64,000 bases of DNA, taken from positions 55,676,001-55,740,000 of the forward strand of contig OZ024746.1 in assembly GCA_964016885.1 (NCBI GenBank), written 5' to 3'. This DNA comes from Eledone cirrhosa. Taxonomy: Eukaryota. Both the position numbers and the translations under genes were made by a program. Shown one piece after another: positions 49,407 to 64,000 of the stretch. The notes beneath the pieces were generated by a model. It was not told the origin of the DNA. It ran no database searches and saw only the letters and a list, made by a program, of their open reading frames with translations. How positions within the stretch are numbered: position 1 is the first letter of the stretch; each line of letters opens with the position of its first letter.

Positions 49407-49592
49407 ACTGTTTCTACTTTAGGCACAAGGCCAGCAATTACCCAGTGCATTACTGGTACTTTATTTTATCGACCCCGTAAGGATGAAAGGCAAAGTCAAC
49501 CTCGGCGGGAATTGAACTCAGATCGTAAAGGGACGTAACAATGCTGGAAAGCATAGCGTCCGACCCTCTACCGATACTGCCAATCCACCGCC
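49407..49592 (-). mobile_element. Full-length family S SINE with 18-bp TSD
   Basis: TSD tttatatgtatatataac at 49391-49408 and 49594-49611. Confidence 0.93.
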
Positions 49593-49992
49593 CTTTATAT
49601 GTATATATAACGAAGGAGATGTGGTAAGGAATCAGATTGACCATAACGCACCAGAGTACTCCATTTTCTCCAGAACAATTCTTCGACTTTTCTTACACTA
49701 TCCTTAGAATCTGCTGTATAGATTTCACTTTCAACGCTTGACCGGCTCCACTCACTCCCTGATTGTTCTACAGGCAAGTTCAGCCACCCCTACCATCCAC
49801 CAAATGCTATGATAGACTTACTTGTGCTTACAACAAATTTTTACAAATCCTCTTGAAAAGTACAATCTTCCCATATAAGGAAGTACCCCTTGATAATTTG
49901 TGCTATTTATTTACCAGGCTAAAAATTATAATTTTTTCCAGAAATAGCCGTCGAAACGGCTTGAGCTCTGCCGTCGGGGTCATACTTTTTCC

Positions 49993-50065
<73 letters not shown>

Positions 50066-51769
50066 GTGCGTGTCTATGTATTTAAACATGGAGGTATGTC
50101 TACAATTGTGTATATGTTTTCCTCTCTCCCTCCCAGTTATTATTTATTTGTTTTTATTCCTATATGTATGTATTCTGTAACCTCCAGTTATCAGATTATT
50201 TTCGTATGGCACCTCTAGATTAGAAATTGCACTCAACCAATTTAAAATTTATGAGTCGATGATGAGTTTTCAACAAATGGTAACGTCTGTACGATACATA
50301 ATTACAGATAATGGTAGTAATAGTTTCATTATGTTTGCTGAATAGGTGACCGATTGGTGTATAATTTGGCAGTAAAAGTTTGAGGAAAGATACTCTAATC
50401 TCTTTCATTGAAATCAGAAAACTACGATTTAGATACAAAATAGTAGTTTACTACAACTTATAAAACTAGTTGTTCTTTAGAAATGACAACAAACTTAATA
50501 AGCTTCATGTTGCTATATCAAAAAAATAAACGTATATTTCTCTTAACATCTTCAATACTTCTATACAACTTTTCAGTTTGTGCGACCTTCGATTTTCTTT
50601 TCATGCTTTGCTACCATATATTATCAAACAGCATTCAAAGTAGAAACAGTTATTTATATGTTATTCCTAATTATGCGTTTATCTACTACACGTCTCCGTG
50701 TTTAAGTGATCATACAGTACACTCTTGTTTATTGAGTTATATTGAGATATATATTGAGTTATATTGAGTCATGATATATATTATATAAACAATATGCAAA
50801 CAGGGACAGATAAATAATTTTAATGACAAAAGATATGCACGAAATACTAACATTTTTGTATAAGTTATGCATCTCACGCATTCCAGAATATTCTGTCAAC
50901 ACTTAATCCTATTCTCCTAGGATTACGTTCGTTTTCTTGGAAACGTATCTACATTTCATGGAACAAATGCATAGATTAAACATACTTACATGCACCAACG
51001 TCACCTGGTTCTCATATATTTAACAAGTATAATATGGTAGAGAGCTGAAGACAACGATTCCCCATCAGACTTCACTTCCTTTGCCATGTGGAATTTGAAA
51101 GATTCTATGAAGACTTGGCCGAATGTCTCCATTCCTCTCAGTGGCGTCCTACACACAACATATTTCGCTAGATCCATTAGGATTGAAACCTTCATAACCT
51201 TCTTGGCCAAATGAAGGCGGTGGAGAGATTTTCTCGATGTAGTTGGCCGATAGCCGGATCCGTTATGTTCTTGACACATATGATAGCACTGCATGACGAG
51301 GGATTTCTGGAAATTATCCATAGGATCCTGAACAAAATTCCTCCAGAATAGACTATCCGGTTCGGACTCATCGACGCTTAATTTGTCCATGGGAACGTCA
51401 TTGCACTTGCCCGGCCACTAATTCATTATAAACAATAATGTGGGAATTTCAACTGATCGCATTGTACAATGGAATAGGTCTGTAAGCGCCTGACAAAATT
51501 TAAGATGCCAGGCAGCTAGTGACGGCATTCGCTGGGCCCCCAGACTGCAGCTCAGTCAAGAAGACAAGCTGTGGCAAGATATACCGTACCTGTTTAGGAA
51601 TATCTGCAAATGCTGTAACATAAGCGTGCGTTTGTACATCACCAGAAACCTCAACTCAAGCACTCCACGCAATGGCTGTTGAGAGCATGTGGACCAGCTG
51701 ACTAGTGGAAGCTGTCTCTCCCACAAGAAATGAAGGAGCAATTACTCCAATCTAGTGAGGCTCAGACCA

Positions 51770-52430
51770 GGGCAAGTCAAGAATACCAGGCTTTAATAGA
51801 TAAAGGATATGATGTAAGGATTCGCCAACTCTATCCGAGGGACTTTTAGAAAGGGGATTTTTAGAAAGATACAGAGGGGAAGGAATTCTAGTGCCTGCAC
51901 AGGAGCAAGCCATTAGAACATCATATTGACAAGGAGTTGGCTAGCCTGCTCTGTGGGATATGCGTAGAGAGGTGGAGGACTGTGGCTCATATCCTATCCG
52001 AATGTATACACGTAGTCCAGACACATTATAATATCATAGAAAACCAAGCCACTGGCAAACTTATTGATTTAGCCCCACTCAGAGAAGTGGTATGAGCCTA
52101 AGCCAAGTCCTTGATACAAAATATCGGATGAAGGTGTTGTAGGATTTCAGGTTATAAACAGATAAAGAATTAGAACAAAATTGTCGTGATCTGTTTGATT
52201 TTGACAAACAAATATTTTAGTTGATTATAGATGTAGATTGATCTTTTGGCATAAGAGTGCAAGAAAAGGAAATAGAGAAAGTTAACCGGTAGCAAAATCT
52301 AAATTGGGAACTGAAAAAGATTTTCGGCTCTCATGAAATCAAAGTCGTCCCCATCGTCATAGGAGCACTAAGCACTATCTCCAAGATTTTCCAAGGCTGA
52401 CTCAATACCATTAGCCCAGTCACCTTTTTT
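51770..52430 (+). mobile_element. Decayed R4/Dong-like non-LTR retrotransposon C-terminus (CCHC knuckle and restriction-like endonuclease)
   Basis: EGILVPAQEQAIRT, CGICVERWRTVAHILSEC, EKWYE, KVL*DF..TDKELEQN, LIIDV, EKEIEKV, KVVPIVIGALSTISK. Confidence 0.88.
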
Positions 52431-55400
52431 GGGATAATTTCGTTCTTTCGAAATTGATAAAGAATAGTACCACTCAATATAGGCGGGTGTTTTCTCGATA
52501 TTCCCATTCCTATAAAATTGCCCGCCTTGTGCCTATATTAGCAATCAATATTACCATTATTATGTTAAAGATTCATTTAACAAAAACCAAAGGTATTAAT
52601 AACGCGGAATTTTGTTTCATTTCCCTATTTATTTTCAAAGTAAATGTTGAACTATATTTTCAACAAGTTGCACCAACCTGAATTATGCTACGCTATGTGA
52701 TTGAAGCATAATTATAGCTTATATCTCATTCAGCTAAATTTCTTCCATTAAAGTTGCATGTTTTCTTTTTTATACTTGGAACAATCGAAATTTTAAACTT
52801 AGAATTTTCTTCGCAAAAAGCTTTCAATCAACCTCAATTATGTTCATATTGTATGAAAATATTAACGAGACATCAAATGAGAAAAAATCACTCTCCGAAA
52901 TGTCTTCAATTATATACCCTTGAATTCAGCTACGAAAATATATTTATACATAATTGACAAAAGACTAAGATGCTTCTCGAATACTTAGTTATTTATGAAC
53001 AAATAAATATTAGCGCGTCGATTTTCTCCGTAGACATTTTTCAAAAATTTCCATTTTCTTGTTGATTCATCTAGTCAATCTATCACACCAAGTAAAAATA
53101 ATCAGTTCAATATATTCATATTATCTCATCAGTTACACAGGGGCATATACAATCTGCTTCTATCGTGTTGTGTAAATTGATGCCAAATCTATATTTCTAT
53201 AGCATGATATAACATCACGTGGAAGTTTCTCGAAAATTGATGCGAAATATTGCGTAAATTTATTTAAGGTAATTAGATTACAGAACATATAATTGAATTT
53301 ATATCCCAAATATAAAACCGAACATTTGTTTCAGTTACTAGCAAAACGGCATTGTATGTACTCAATCCACTTACACAAACATACTTAAGCACGCACACAC
53401 AAACACACACAGATACACACACATTCACACATACACATGCACATATTTCCATACGAATATAGAAAGTACTACTTGAACACGCGAAACAATATTTACTACT
53501 GTAACAGTATATAACCATCACAAATTATAGGCCTATATCTTTTTACTCTATTACTGTTTGTATTATTGAATCTGCTGCCGTGCTGTGGTTCCATGTTCAA
53601 TGGGCTTAGACAATCTCATGGACCATAGTTCTAATTCGAGTTTGTTACTTGAGTTTTTCTGAATACTCTATATTGTCCTTCAGAATGACAAGATGGAGTA
53701 AACAGAAAAAAGCCGGGAATTATTAGGAGACACGAAGGAAAATATCAAATAGACATCGAACAAGTCACAGAATGTGTGACGAAAGAATATAAAAAAAAAA
53801 AAGAAAACAATGACTAATAATAAAAAATAAACAAAAGAGAAATTCAAATAACGGTAATTTTCTGTAAAATTTGGCAAATTCCCGTCCGCAAATATGTTTT
53901 TGGTTATTGATTAATCAGAAAATAAGTAATTTGTCTCATCATATTTGCAAACGTTTCCTGGTCAATGACATTAAGTTCTTTTGGTCCAGATGAAGCTGTG
54001 TATCTAGGAAGAAGCAGTTCTATGAATGAGGAGATGAAACTGTTTATTTCGACGCGCTTCGTTGAAAGTGCTTTGTAAATTCCAATGCTAATGGGACAGA
54101 AGCCATTATAGAAGCTGTGTAAAGTGCAACATTAAAACGCAGGACTTCATTTTACGAGTCAGTTTAATGTGTTTGGAGCAAGTGTCGTTGCAAATCAGCC
54201 AGTTGACATGAATTTAGTTTCATTATAATATGAACCGGTAGAAAAAACCCATAGATTGTTACAATCGTTACAACGTCAGGCAAAATTATGTCATCTATTT
54301 CTTATAGTTGTATACTTCTATGTTAAAATTGATTCATGGTCAAATATAAATTGTACCTATCTGGAGGCGATATTTAAAATACCAGTCATAATAGTCTCAA
54401 ATATTACTGTAATCATTATAAGTTATGCGTATGCAGCAACATTAGCAGTCTCGTCATTTACTTTATCAGACTCAGCAGTAACAACAATATCCCAGTTATG
54501 TTAGCAGCACGACTTCGTTTATTGCAATATAGTTGAATAGATGCTGTACAATTAATCAAGTTTTCAAGTATTTTCATATGCTGAAGTAGACATGTAGTTC
54601 TCAGATGCAGTTTTAACAAATTATTTCATCTTTCGAGATGATACATAGTTGCTAGGCATATCAATTATAGCGACTCTGATAGAATCTATTGTGTGTCGAT
54701 CATGTATAATAAAGAGTATGTGTGCTGACCATGTATAAATGAGGTTGTCTGCAACTCAGAATAGTTGATGGGTAGTCATCGTAATTAGGTATAGTTGAAT
54801 GTGTCTTGTGTTGCTCATGTTCGTATAGCTTATGCTCCCAATGTTTGGTAATATAGTGAAATGTAATGCAATGTAATGCAACGGAATGGGCCTCCATCCG
54901 TTCCAAGGAGTTGTGTTTTAGTCGTTCGATCAAAAGTTGGTCGTGAGATTAACCCTCAAATGTTTGAGAATTACACGGAGATTCGGCATCAAAATTAGTG
55001 TCGAAAGTGGCTTTTCAATTACAGTTAGAATGCATGTGACTAGGTTCCTTCTACCCACCATCTTCCACATACACAGAATCACCCACAAAGTTTGCTTGGA
55101 ACCAATGCTATGGGAAATGATGACACATGCCAAAGAAGCCAAGTTCGATGTGAAAACACCAACATTATGTAACGAACTTCTTAACCATTCGACAATACTG
55201 TGGTTAATATATTCAAAGTGTAGTGTACCAAGATAATCACTAGAGCATAGCCCGTATTATAACATTCTTTGTCTAACCCCCTGATAGGAGAAATAAACTA
55301 ACAGAATGCTTTATGGTATATGGTTCGAGCCGGGGTGTTCTCTGTTGAAACTCCAACTCCCGTCATCTGAAATGAGTATAGACCTCTGTGTCAGGTAGAT

Positions 55401-55823
55401 ATTATCAGCAGTAGAACGAACTATCGAAACATATTCTCATTGATCAAATCAGATGATGAACTTCTTATTCAATGGCATTTTTACAGATAACAATGATAGA
55501 CTGTATTTCTAAGTGACTTCTGATGAATTACATCTACAAGGTCTTCAGCTGTGAACATGTCATAATTTTGCACATCCTGAACCCCATTATAAAATGTGTT
55601 GTTGCAGCAAGACATTTAAGACTGATTTTAGTGAGAGGATTTGCTGTTGTTCATAGCTCGAGGACTAACTACGTAAAGGTTCCCTAATTGTGTTGCACTA
55701 CTACGGTTTTGTGGTTATATATGATAGCGCTCTATATCAAGAAGTATATTATTCAAATGTGTGTGAGTAATTTCATGTTTTGTGATACCACCCAAGGGAA
55801 AATAAACACAATTTGAAACACAC

Positions 55824-55866
<43 letters not shown>

Positions 55867-55872
55867 TACATC

Positions 55873-55978
<106 letters not shown>

Positions 55979-56169
55979 TATATATGTATACCTATTTACA
56001 TATATAGTGCAGGATACCATAGAAACATAGAAATTATATTTCCATAATTGAAATGGAATGAAGCCTCTCTTAGATTTATTCAGCTGATAACACGATCGTA
56101 TAAGAAGGAGTCAATTATAAACAATTTGTTTAACTCTTCATCGTTAATAGTATCACTATAAACGCTAAT

Positions 56170-56940
56170 ATTATTATTGTTGTTGTTGTTAGATGTGCTG
56201 TGGACAACTATTATGATGTTGATGGAAGTGGTGGTGGAGGTGATGTTGTTTTTGGTAGTGTTGGTGGTGGTGGTGATATGGCGATCGTGGTGGTGGTGGT
56301 GGTTATGTTGTTCTTCTAGGTGGTGGTGGTGGTGGTTTTGGTGATGATAGTGGTGGTGGTGATTTTTGTTGTTGTTGGTGGTGGTGTTGTTGGTGGTGGT
56401 GACGGTGGTGGTGGTGATGGTTGATGGAGGTGGTGGTGATGTTTTTGTTTTTGGTGCTGGTGGTGTTGGTGGTGAAGATGGTGGTGGTCGTGTTGGTGGT
56501 AGTGATGGTAGTAGTGGTGGTGGTTGATGGAGGTGGTGGTGATGTTGTTGTTTTTGGTGGTGGTGGTGGTGTTGGTGGTGTTAGTCGTGGTAGTGACTGT
56601 GGTGGTGATGGTGGTGGTAATTGATGGAGGTGGTGATGATGTTATTGTTTTGAGATGGTGAGATGGGGGTGAAAGACAGTATTTGTGACGCTGATGGGGT
56701 TTATGTTGATGATGTTTTGGGGGATAATATTGTTAGGGATGGTTGTATTATTGGTAGGGTTTGTGTAATTTGTGGTGCCGGGGTCATTGCAGCTGGGGAA
56801 GTTAGAGGCAATAATGAAGGTGGTGTTAGTGGTTGTGATGTTGGTGGTCCTTATGGTTGTGCTATAACTATTGTTGTTGGAATGTTTGTGGTTGTTGTTA
56901 GTAGTGGTAGGCTGGTTGTGGTATTAGTGGCTGTGGTGTT
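56170..56940. repeat. Degenerate (GGT)n/(GTT)n low-complexity tract
   Basis: Directly visible. Confidence 0.9.
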
Positions 56941-57466
56941 TTTTTTTTCTTCTCCTGATTTATCGATATTATTGCTGACGGCAAAATAACTTTAACTGTG
57001 ATCAATCTGATGCCTTACAGCTTTGAGATGGGTTCATGGCAAGCCCTCTTCCTCGACCCACTCTCATTTTCTCTACTTAATTGCAGTAACGGAATTACAC
57101 ATAACCTCATTCTTGCTGCCGATATTGCGAAACTAATCTTACAACTACGTATTATATATATATATATATTTTGAGAGACTATGTTGAGTTCCTAACTCAA
57201 TATATACCTTTGATATATATATATGCGTCTGAGTGTACTTGTGTGTGTTTGTGTGAGTGAATGTGTATGCCTGCTCAATAAATGTAATATAGCCAAGCAG
57301 TTATTTGCACAATGGACCCTTTTTTTCCTTGCTTGCTCCATAATTTTCCCTTCTCGAAGTATTTTGCTTTTTAATGTTTTGCTTTACGTGATTCCAATTT
57401 AGAAAGATGCACACAACTACACATTCTTACACATTCTTCTAACTCACAAACTCTCTCACACACACA

Positions 57467-57591
<125 letters not shown>

Positions 57592-57705
57592 CATATATAT
57601 TGGATAGTATTCAATAACTATGGGTGAACTTATGTACCTATGTAGTTATGTTGATGGGTGTAGGTATATAAATTCCCGCATACATGCATACATGTATACA
57701 TAAAT

Positions 57706-57941
<236 letters not shown>

Positions 57942-57960
57942 TTATATATATATATGCGTG

Positions 57961-58052
<92 letters not shown>

Positions 58053-58377
58053 TGTGTGTGTGTGTGAGTCTGTGCTTTAAAGAATTTTTACGAATGTGTA
58101 GTGTGCATCTGTCTAAATTGGAATCACATAAAGCAAAATATTAAAAAACAAAATACTTCGAGAAGGGAGAATTATGGAGCAAGCAAGGAAAAAAAATATA
58201 TATGTATTTATATATACATATGTGTGTGTGTATATATACATATATATGTGTGTGTGTGTATATATAAATATATATATATATATGTATGTGTGTGCCTATA
58301 TATATATATAAATATATATACATATATGTGTGTGTGTGTCTGTGTGTGTGTGTGTAATATATATGTATCTATGTAGT

Positions 58378-58423
<46 letters not shown>

Positions 58424-58662
58424 GCAATCATCAACTTAACTATTATTTATCGTCTCCGTTGTTGAGCGCTAACTCTTTACCAACTAACACAATAAAGTAA
58501 CAGTATTTTTCAACCATTTTCTTTACCTACGGCAATATCCATGTCGATCGAGAGCAATTTATAACATCGAAATCGGTCAGAATTAAATTAAAAAAAAAGA
58601 TTCTATCATGTACATGCCTTTTCGTCTCTCTCTTTAATCTGTTCCTCTCTCTCTCTCTCTCC

Positions 58663-58781
<119 letters not shown>

Positions 58782-58878
58782 TGTGTGTGTGTGTGTGCGC
58801 GTGTGTGTGTGTGTGTGTGTGTATGTGTGTGTGTGTGTGTAAGTATTTATTTACGTGTGTATGTATTTATACACATAT

Positions 58879-58928
<50 letters not shown>

Positions 58929-58973
58929 GTATATAAATATATATATGTGTATATATATGTATATATATATATG

Positions 58974-59023
<50 letters not shown>

Positions 59024-59754
59024 TATATATATGTATATATATATATATGTATATATATATATGTATATATGTATATATTATATATATATATATATCTTTA
59101 TATATACAAAAGCGAGGATGTGTGTGTGTGTCTGTGTACAACTGTGGTTACCTAAGGCTTTTACAATTACCAGCCGAATTTGATCACATTTTATGTGCAC
59201 ATTGCACAGGTCGCAAAGATGGTCACATCACAACAATGTTTCCAATCAACCCACGTTGAGCAATAAACAATCGATATCAAAATTGTCGGTAGCAAAATTG
59301 ATGTAAGGGAGATAACCAGCTTTATTGACAATCCTTATAAAGAGAGTGAGAAATGGAGACCTTCGTTTTCAATTTTAAATCAACAATCATCATCGGACGA
59401 AATTTCAGAAATATAAACATCAGATTCATTTGAAGATAAATCACTAATATTATCGTTTGTTTCTTGTTTATTCTTTGTTACACTTTCAAAGTTAAAAACA
59501 CACTTGTTGTTTTAACTTGTTTCTCTATATCAAGTGTTAATTTTCGCGGTAAGGATCTAATCTCGCAGCAGTCTCGAATTGACGATATTTTGATGATGGT
59601 TTGTTTATTTTTAGAACAATCCTTATGGGACTTTCCATTCAAACCATTGGGACCTCCACCTTTTACATTTTTAAAGTAATTTCGTCCACATTTGAGACAG
59701 GCATTATCTATGCTTCCAGCTGCATTCTTACACATCAAACTGTTTTGACAATGA

Positions 59755-60321
59755 AGGAACATACAGAACAGGATTCTTCCTGGATGTCCACGGATATATA
59801 AATCTATTGATACTGTATGTGATCCACAGGATGCGGTCAACTATCCAGTTGAATTTCTTAATTCTTTAATTCCTCCCGGTTTACCTCCTAATACATTGGT
59901 TCTGAGAGAGGGAATGCCAGTTATTATGCTGAGAAATATCACTCCTCCAAAACTATGCAATAGTACACGCCTTGTGGTTAAAAAACTGTCTTCACTTAGT
60001 ATTGACGCTACCATTCTATCTGAATGTGGAAAAAGCGAGGAGGTGATAATAACAAAAATTAGTCTGACTACATCAGGCGTGGATACTCCCTTCTCCTTTC
60101 TGGGAACCCAATTTCCCCTTCGTGTTGCCTTTGCGATGTCCATAAACAAGTCGCAAGGTCAAACTCTGTCCGTCACTGGAATTCACTTGGATGAACCTTG
60201 CTTTTCGCACGAACAATTCAACCTTGTCTGCTCACGAGTTGGCAGTCGAGATAAACTCTTTGCGTTTGTTCGGAAAAGAAAAACAAAGAATATCGTCTAT
60301 CCTGAAGTGCTTTCGTATTAA
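59755..60321 (+). pseudogene. Helitron Pif1-type helicase C-terminal fragment
   Basis: YKSID..NYPVEFLNSL.PPGLP..L.L..GMPVIMLRN..LCNSTRL..QFPLRVAFAMSINKSQGQTL..G..L..PCFSH.Q..V.CSRV..TKNIVYPEVL. Confidence 0.93.
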
Positions 60322-60721
60322 CAAACAAATGTATTACAGCTCTGCCTTGACTCCACCATACTCATTACAAAACATACCAATGAATATGTCATGCAGGATA
60401 TTTTGGATTATAACTTCAAAATTTAACCATACACAACAAACGATGCTCTCAAAGAATAGATTTTCTCTTATTCTACGCTCATTGTTTTTTTTTTGTTTGT
60501 ATACACTTCTGCTTTCATTACAAATGTTTGTACTTTAGCAAAACTGTCTGTTTTTTTACAGATTTGCAACGTGTATTGTCTTTAATCATTTGTATAACTA
60601 CATCCTGTTCAGTGTTTTCCTTCATTATTAACATAGTTTTATGTGTACAAAGATTGCACTAAATATTCGTGTGCATTAATTATTGAAGATTTCTGCTTAT
60701 TTTGACAGGTTGGAGACAAAT

Positions 60722-60843
60722 AATTGTTTCTACTTTAGGCACAAGGCCAGTAATTACCCAGTGCATTACTGGTACTTTATTTTATCGATCCCGTAAGGAT
60801 GAAAGGCAAAGTCAACCTCGGCGGGATTTGAACTCAGATCGTA
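60722..60843 (-). mobile_element. Family S SINE, 5'-truncated, nested in the Helitron
   Basis: Matches the unit. Confidence 0.9.
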
Positions 60844-60940
60844 GGTTGGAATCAAATAATGTTCTTCTTTTACTTCCTAGCTGTATATTCTTAGCATACT
60901 GTCAAACCTCGAGCAACGCCGGGTAAATCTGCTGGTTATT

Positions 60941-60971
<31 letters not shown>

Positions 60972-61119
60972 ATAGCTATCACCGTATGTGTACGTCAATA
61001 CTCATCTTTTTCCATTTACCTGAGGGTTCTAAACCCCGTTATCAAGCTAAAATTCCTTTAGTTAAAAATACGGTGATAGCTATATATTTTCTAATTTCAA
61101 ACTCGCTCACTGCTATTCA

Positions 61120-61251
<132 letters not shown>

Positions 61252-61494
61252 TATATATATTCTATATGAGTTCTAGTCCTGTAGAATCTCATCTATATTA
61301 AAACTATATATATATATATAAGTCTGCTGTCATATAGGAACAATTGTTTCCGTAGTCTTTTGAGTGAGGTTTCAGTTCTCCAAATTCTAAAGCGGGCATA
61401 TAATATATAAAGCAACGAGAAGAGAAGAAAAATTAGAAAGATTCTGTTTATAGAGTATGTTCAATTGTGAAGTAATTGGGAAATAAATATTTCA

Positions 61495-61968
61495 AATCCT
61501 GCTAATTTCCCCTATACTACCAATTCTGCGAAATCTTCCGTTTCTGTTAATTCCGTGAATGCTGCTAATTCTGTATATTTTGCCAATTCTACAGATTCTG
61601 TTAATTCTTCCAATTCTACTAATTCTAACAATCTCGAATATTTGGACAATTCTTCTAATGCTGCAAATGCTGAACGAAGCCAATTCTGCTAAGTAAATCA
61701 ATGCTGACAATTCTTCCAAGAGTGTTAATGCTGCACATTCTACATAGTCTGCTAATTATTCAAATTATATTAATTCTCACTATTATGCCAATGCTACCAA
61801 TTTGCCCATTCTGCCAATTCTGTCAATTTTGATAATTCTTCCAATATTGCAATTATGCCAATTCTATCAGTTGTGCATATTCTTTCAATGCTGGCAATTC
61901 CTCAAATTTTCCCAGTTCTGCCGATACGATAAATGCTGCTAATTGTGCCACCGTTGCCAGTTTCTGCC
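61495..61968. repeat. Degenerate 9-bp minisatellite (tgcyaattc-like)
   Basis: Recurring aattc/aatgc at 9-bp spacing; gives the RIxRIx ORF. Confidence 0.85.
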
Positions 61969-62852
61969 AAATACATCATTTAAACCAAGTCTCTCTATCC
62001 TCACTGATCCTAGTGTCATTTTGGGACAATTGCTTCTGTAGTTTTCTGGAGAGAGGTTTCAGTACTTCAATATGCCATTTAATAGTGGTTGAAATCTTTC
62101 CAGTCAAACATTTGCCAACAAATGTAAGCAGGTTTAATACATATAGCATCTATCTTTTGCTTAAGGATTATGTTAAAGTCGAGCAACGAGAAGTAATTTT
62201 TTAGTGCACGTGCTAGTTAGAAATACTATACGAAAATTGATCTAATTCTGTGAGCAACCACTTATGGAGAAGAGAGCACTCCCCACATGTTCCATCTCTC
62301 TCCACGACCACCCCACACACACCCACACACCTATTACTGTTACGCCCATACCACAACCAGCTACTATTTTACCCCACCTCAGCATCATCTCTTCTACTTA
62401 CGGTCTACCACCACCTCCAATCCAGCCCAACTAACACACCTCTTACATCGCCCACTCCAGCCCTCTACCAACCATGCATATACTCATCACCTCTAACAAC
62501 CTTACAACCCCAACTACCACTAATTTCACCCTGACATCATCATACACAAGTCACTCATACACACACACATACGCACAGTTAATTAAACATAGGCTACCCT
62601 CCAAAATCACTACCATTCTGCGTGCGATCCAATTCAGCCCACACCGACAATGTCGGGAATTACAACTACAACCCACAATTTATCAATCCCTCCCCAGCAC
62701 CCTTTCCCTAAATTACTTTCACACATTACTTCCATATATGCATCTGTTCTCTCCTTATCCGAAATTTCCTGAAGAAGAACTTCTATCAGAAACGTCGACC
62801 CACCGTATATTTCCTCCAAGCGTAAACCTAATTTAACTGGGTCTGCTTGCAT

Positions 62853-62972
<120 letters not shown>

Positions 62973-62974
62973 GA

Positions 62975-63240
62975 TAGGAGGCGGGGTAACATTCCCGAGA
63001 TCCATGGACGAGTTCTCTAGAGCGGTCTCTGCTCCTCATTATCGCTGCCATGTCCTGCGTCTCCAACACACCAGTGTCTGTCCTTAGGGCACCAACATAC
63101 GTTTTCCTTTTCCAGTGTGTCCATGCAGGTGCTCCCACAGGAGCACTGAACGCAGTGTCATCTGTGGATGTCGGTGAGCATGTCCAGCTGACCTCAGTCT
63201 CCACTGTGTCACTTTTGAGCTGATGGGATGAGAGAGTTCT
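62975..63240 (-). mobile_element. RTE-clade LINE 3' segment
   Basis: [30 protein letters not shown]; [19 protein letters not shown]. Confidence 0.85.
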
Positions 63241-63463
63241 TTGAGATACTGGCTGGAGTGCTCCAGGGAGATACATTGGCTCCCTATCTTTTTATCATCG
63301 TAGTGGACTATTGTATGCGCCTTGCACTGGAGAAACACCAGGACTCTGGCTCTACTGTAACACGAGCTTAGAGCAGGAGAGTTAAGGCGAAAAAGATATA
63401 GGATGCTGAATTTGCTGACGACATCATGGTTTTGGTGACAAATACAGTGAATGAGGAAGAGGA
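63241..63463 (+). mobile_element. RTE-clade RT core segment, inverted relative to the adjacent 3' segment
   Basis: [35 protein letters not shown]. Confidence 0.88.
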
Positions 63464-64000
63464 TATATATATATATATATATATAATTTCTGAATTTGTT
63501 TAGCATAATTCTTTATCTGAAAACGTGTGTTGAAACCGATATTGTTATGCTTTGGGAGGGTCATGTTGCCAATAAGAAATACACGCACCAGTTGCTTTCA
63601 CTTCAATTTATTATAAATTAAATTCACAAATTTAGGAATTTATAAATTTCCGGTTGATTTGTTGGTTCCACAACCAGATGATTGTTCATATATTGTCAAA
63701 GTTCTTTCGTCACACATTCTGTGATCTCTTCAGTGACTGCGGATTCTTTTCTTTGTTTTTTGTGCCTCTCCTTTGTTCTATCCTACGCCATCTTGTTTTT
63801 GTTGTGTGCTTAGTTTGCGCATGTGTTACATCCTGGTGTCAGGAACTCTACTTTTTATAATCCTTCCGATATGTCCTTCGACCTACGACGAATCCACGAC
63901 ACGATTTTAGCTTTTAACAAACGCACGCAATTGCCGTCGCAGGTCGATGAACAAACAGCAGCACAATTTAGTATAGCTAGATCTAAACTTAGAAATATTA

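Larger units (their letters stand above)
59095..60935 (+). mobile_element. Internally deleted Helitron
   Basis: A|TC 5' end (tctttatatatacaaaag), Pif1 helicase fragment, subterminal hairpin-like cctcgagcaacgccggg and CTGG|T 3' end. Confidence 0.8.

Noticed and set aside
49500-49592. SINE head as a tRNA gene
   Set aside because: A/B boxes present but no cloverleaf; part of a multicopy element with TSDs
59896-60321. Cellular PIF1 gene
   Set aside because: Only a C-terminal fragment with altered motifs, inside Helitron-type termini
61492-61719. RI-repeat ORF as a protein
   Set aside because: By-product of the 9-bp minisatellite
62178-62217. Second Helitron 3' end (gagcaacg...ctagt)
   Set aside because: No clear hairpin or matching 5' end

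Overview
AT-rich eukaryotic, largely non-genic DNA, with roughly a third made of (TA)n, (CA)n, (GA)n and trinucleotide microsatellites. The repeat content is most consistent with an octopus/coleoid cephalopod genome (inference). No intact cellular gene is evident and nearly all listed ORFs are microsatellite artefacts. Recognisable remnants are: about 17 co-oriented copies of one tRNA-derived SINE, older SINEs, a Neptune-type and a Naiad-type Penelope-like element (PLE), two RTE LINE fragments (one 5'-inverted), an R4/Dong-like LINE, a mariner and a Helitron. The main hidden signal is a dense set of type I hammerhead ribozyme (HHR) motifs from at least six unrelated families, mostly between 20 and 46 kb. 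Several lie in non-coding 425-620 bp units that occur as partial tandem and/or fold-back copies between (TA)n tracts, i.e. retrozyme-like or non-autonomous PLE-like elements. One family shows compensatory base-pair changes between copies, and another keeps a variant core (CAGAAGA) in all three copies. All folds were done by eye; activity is untested.
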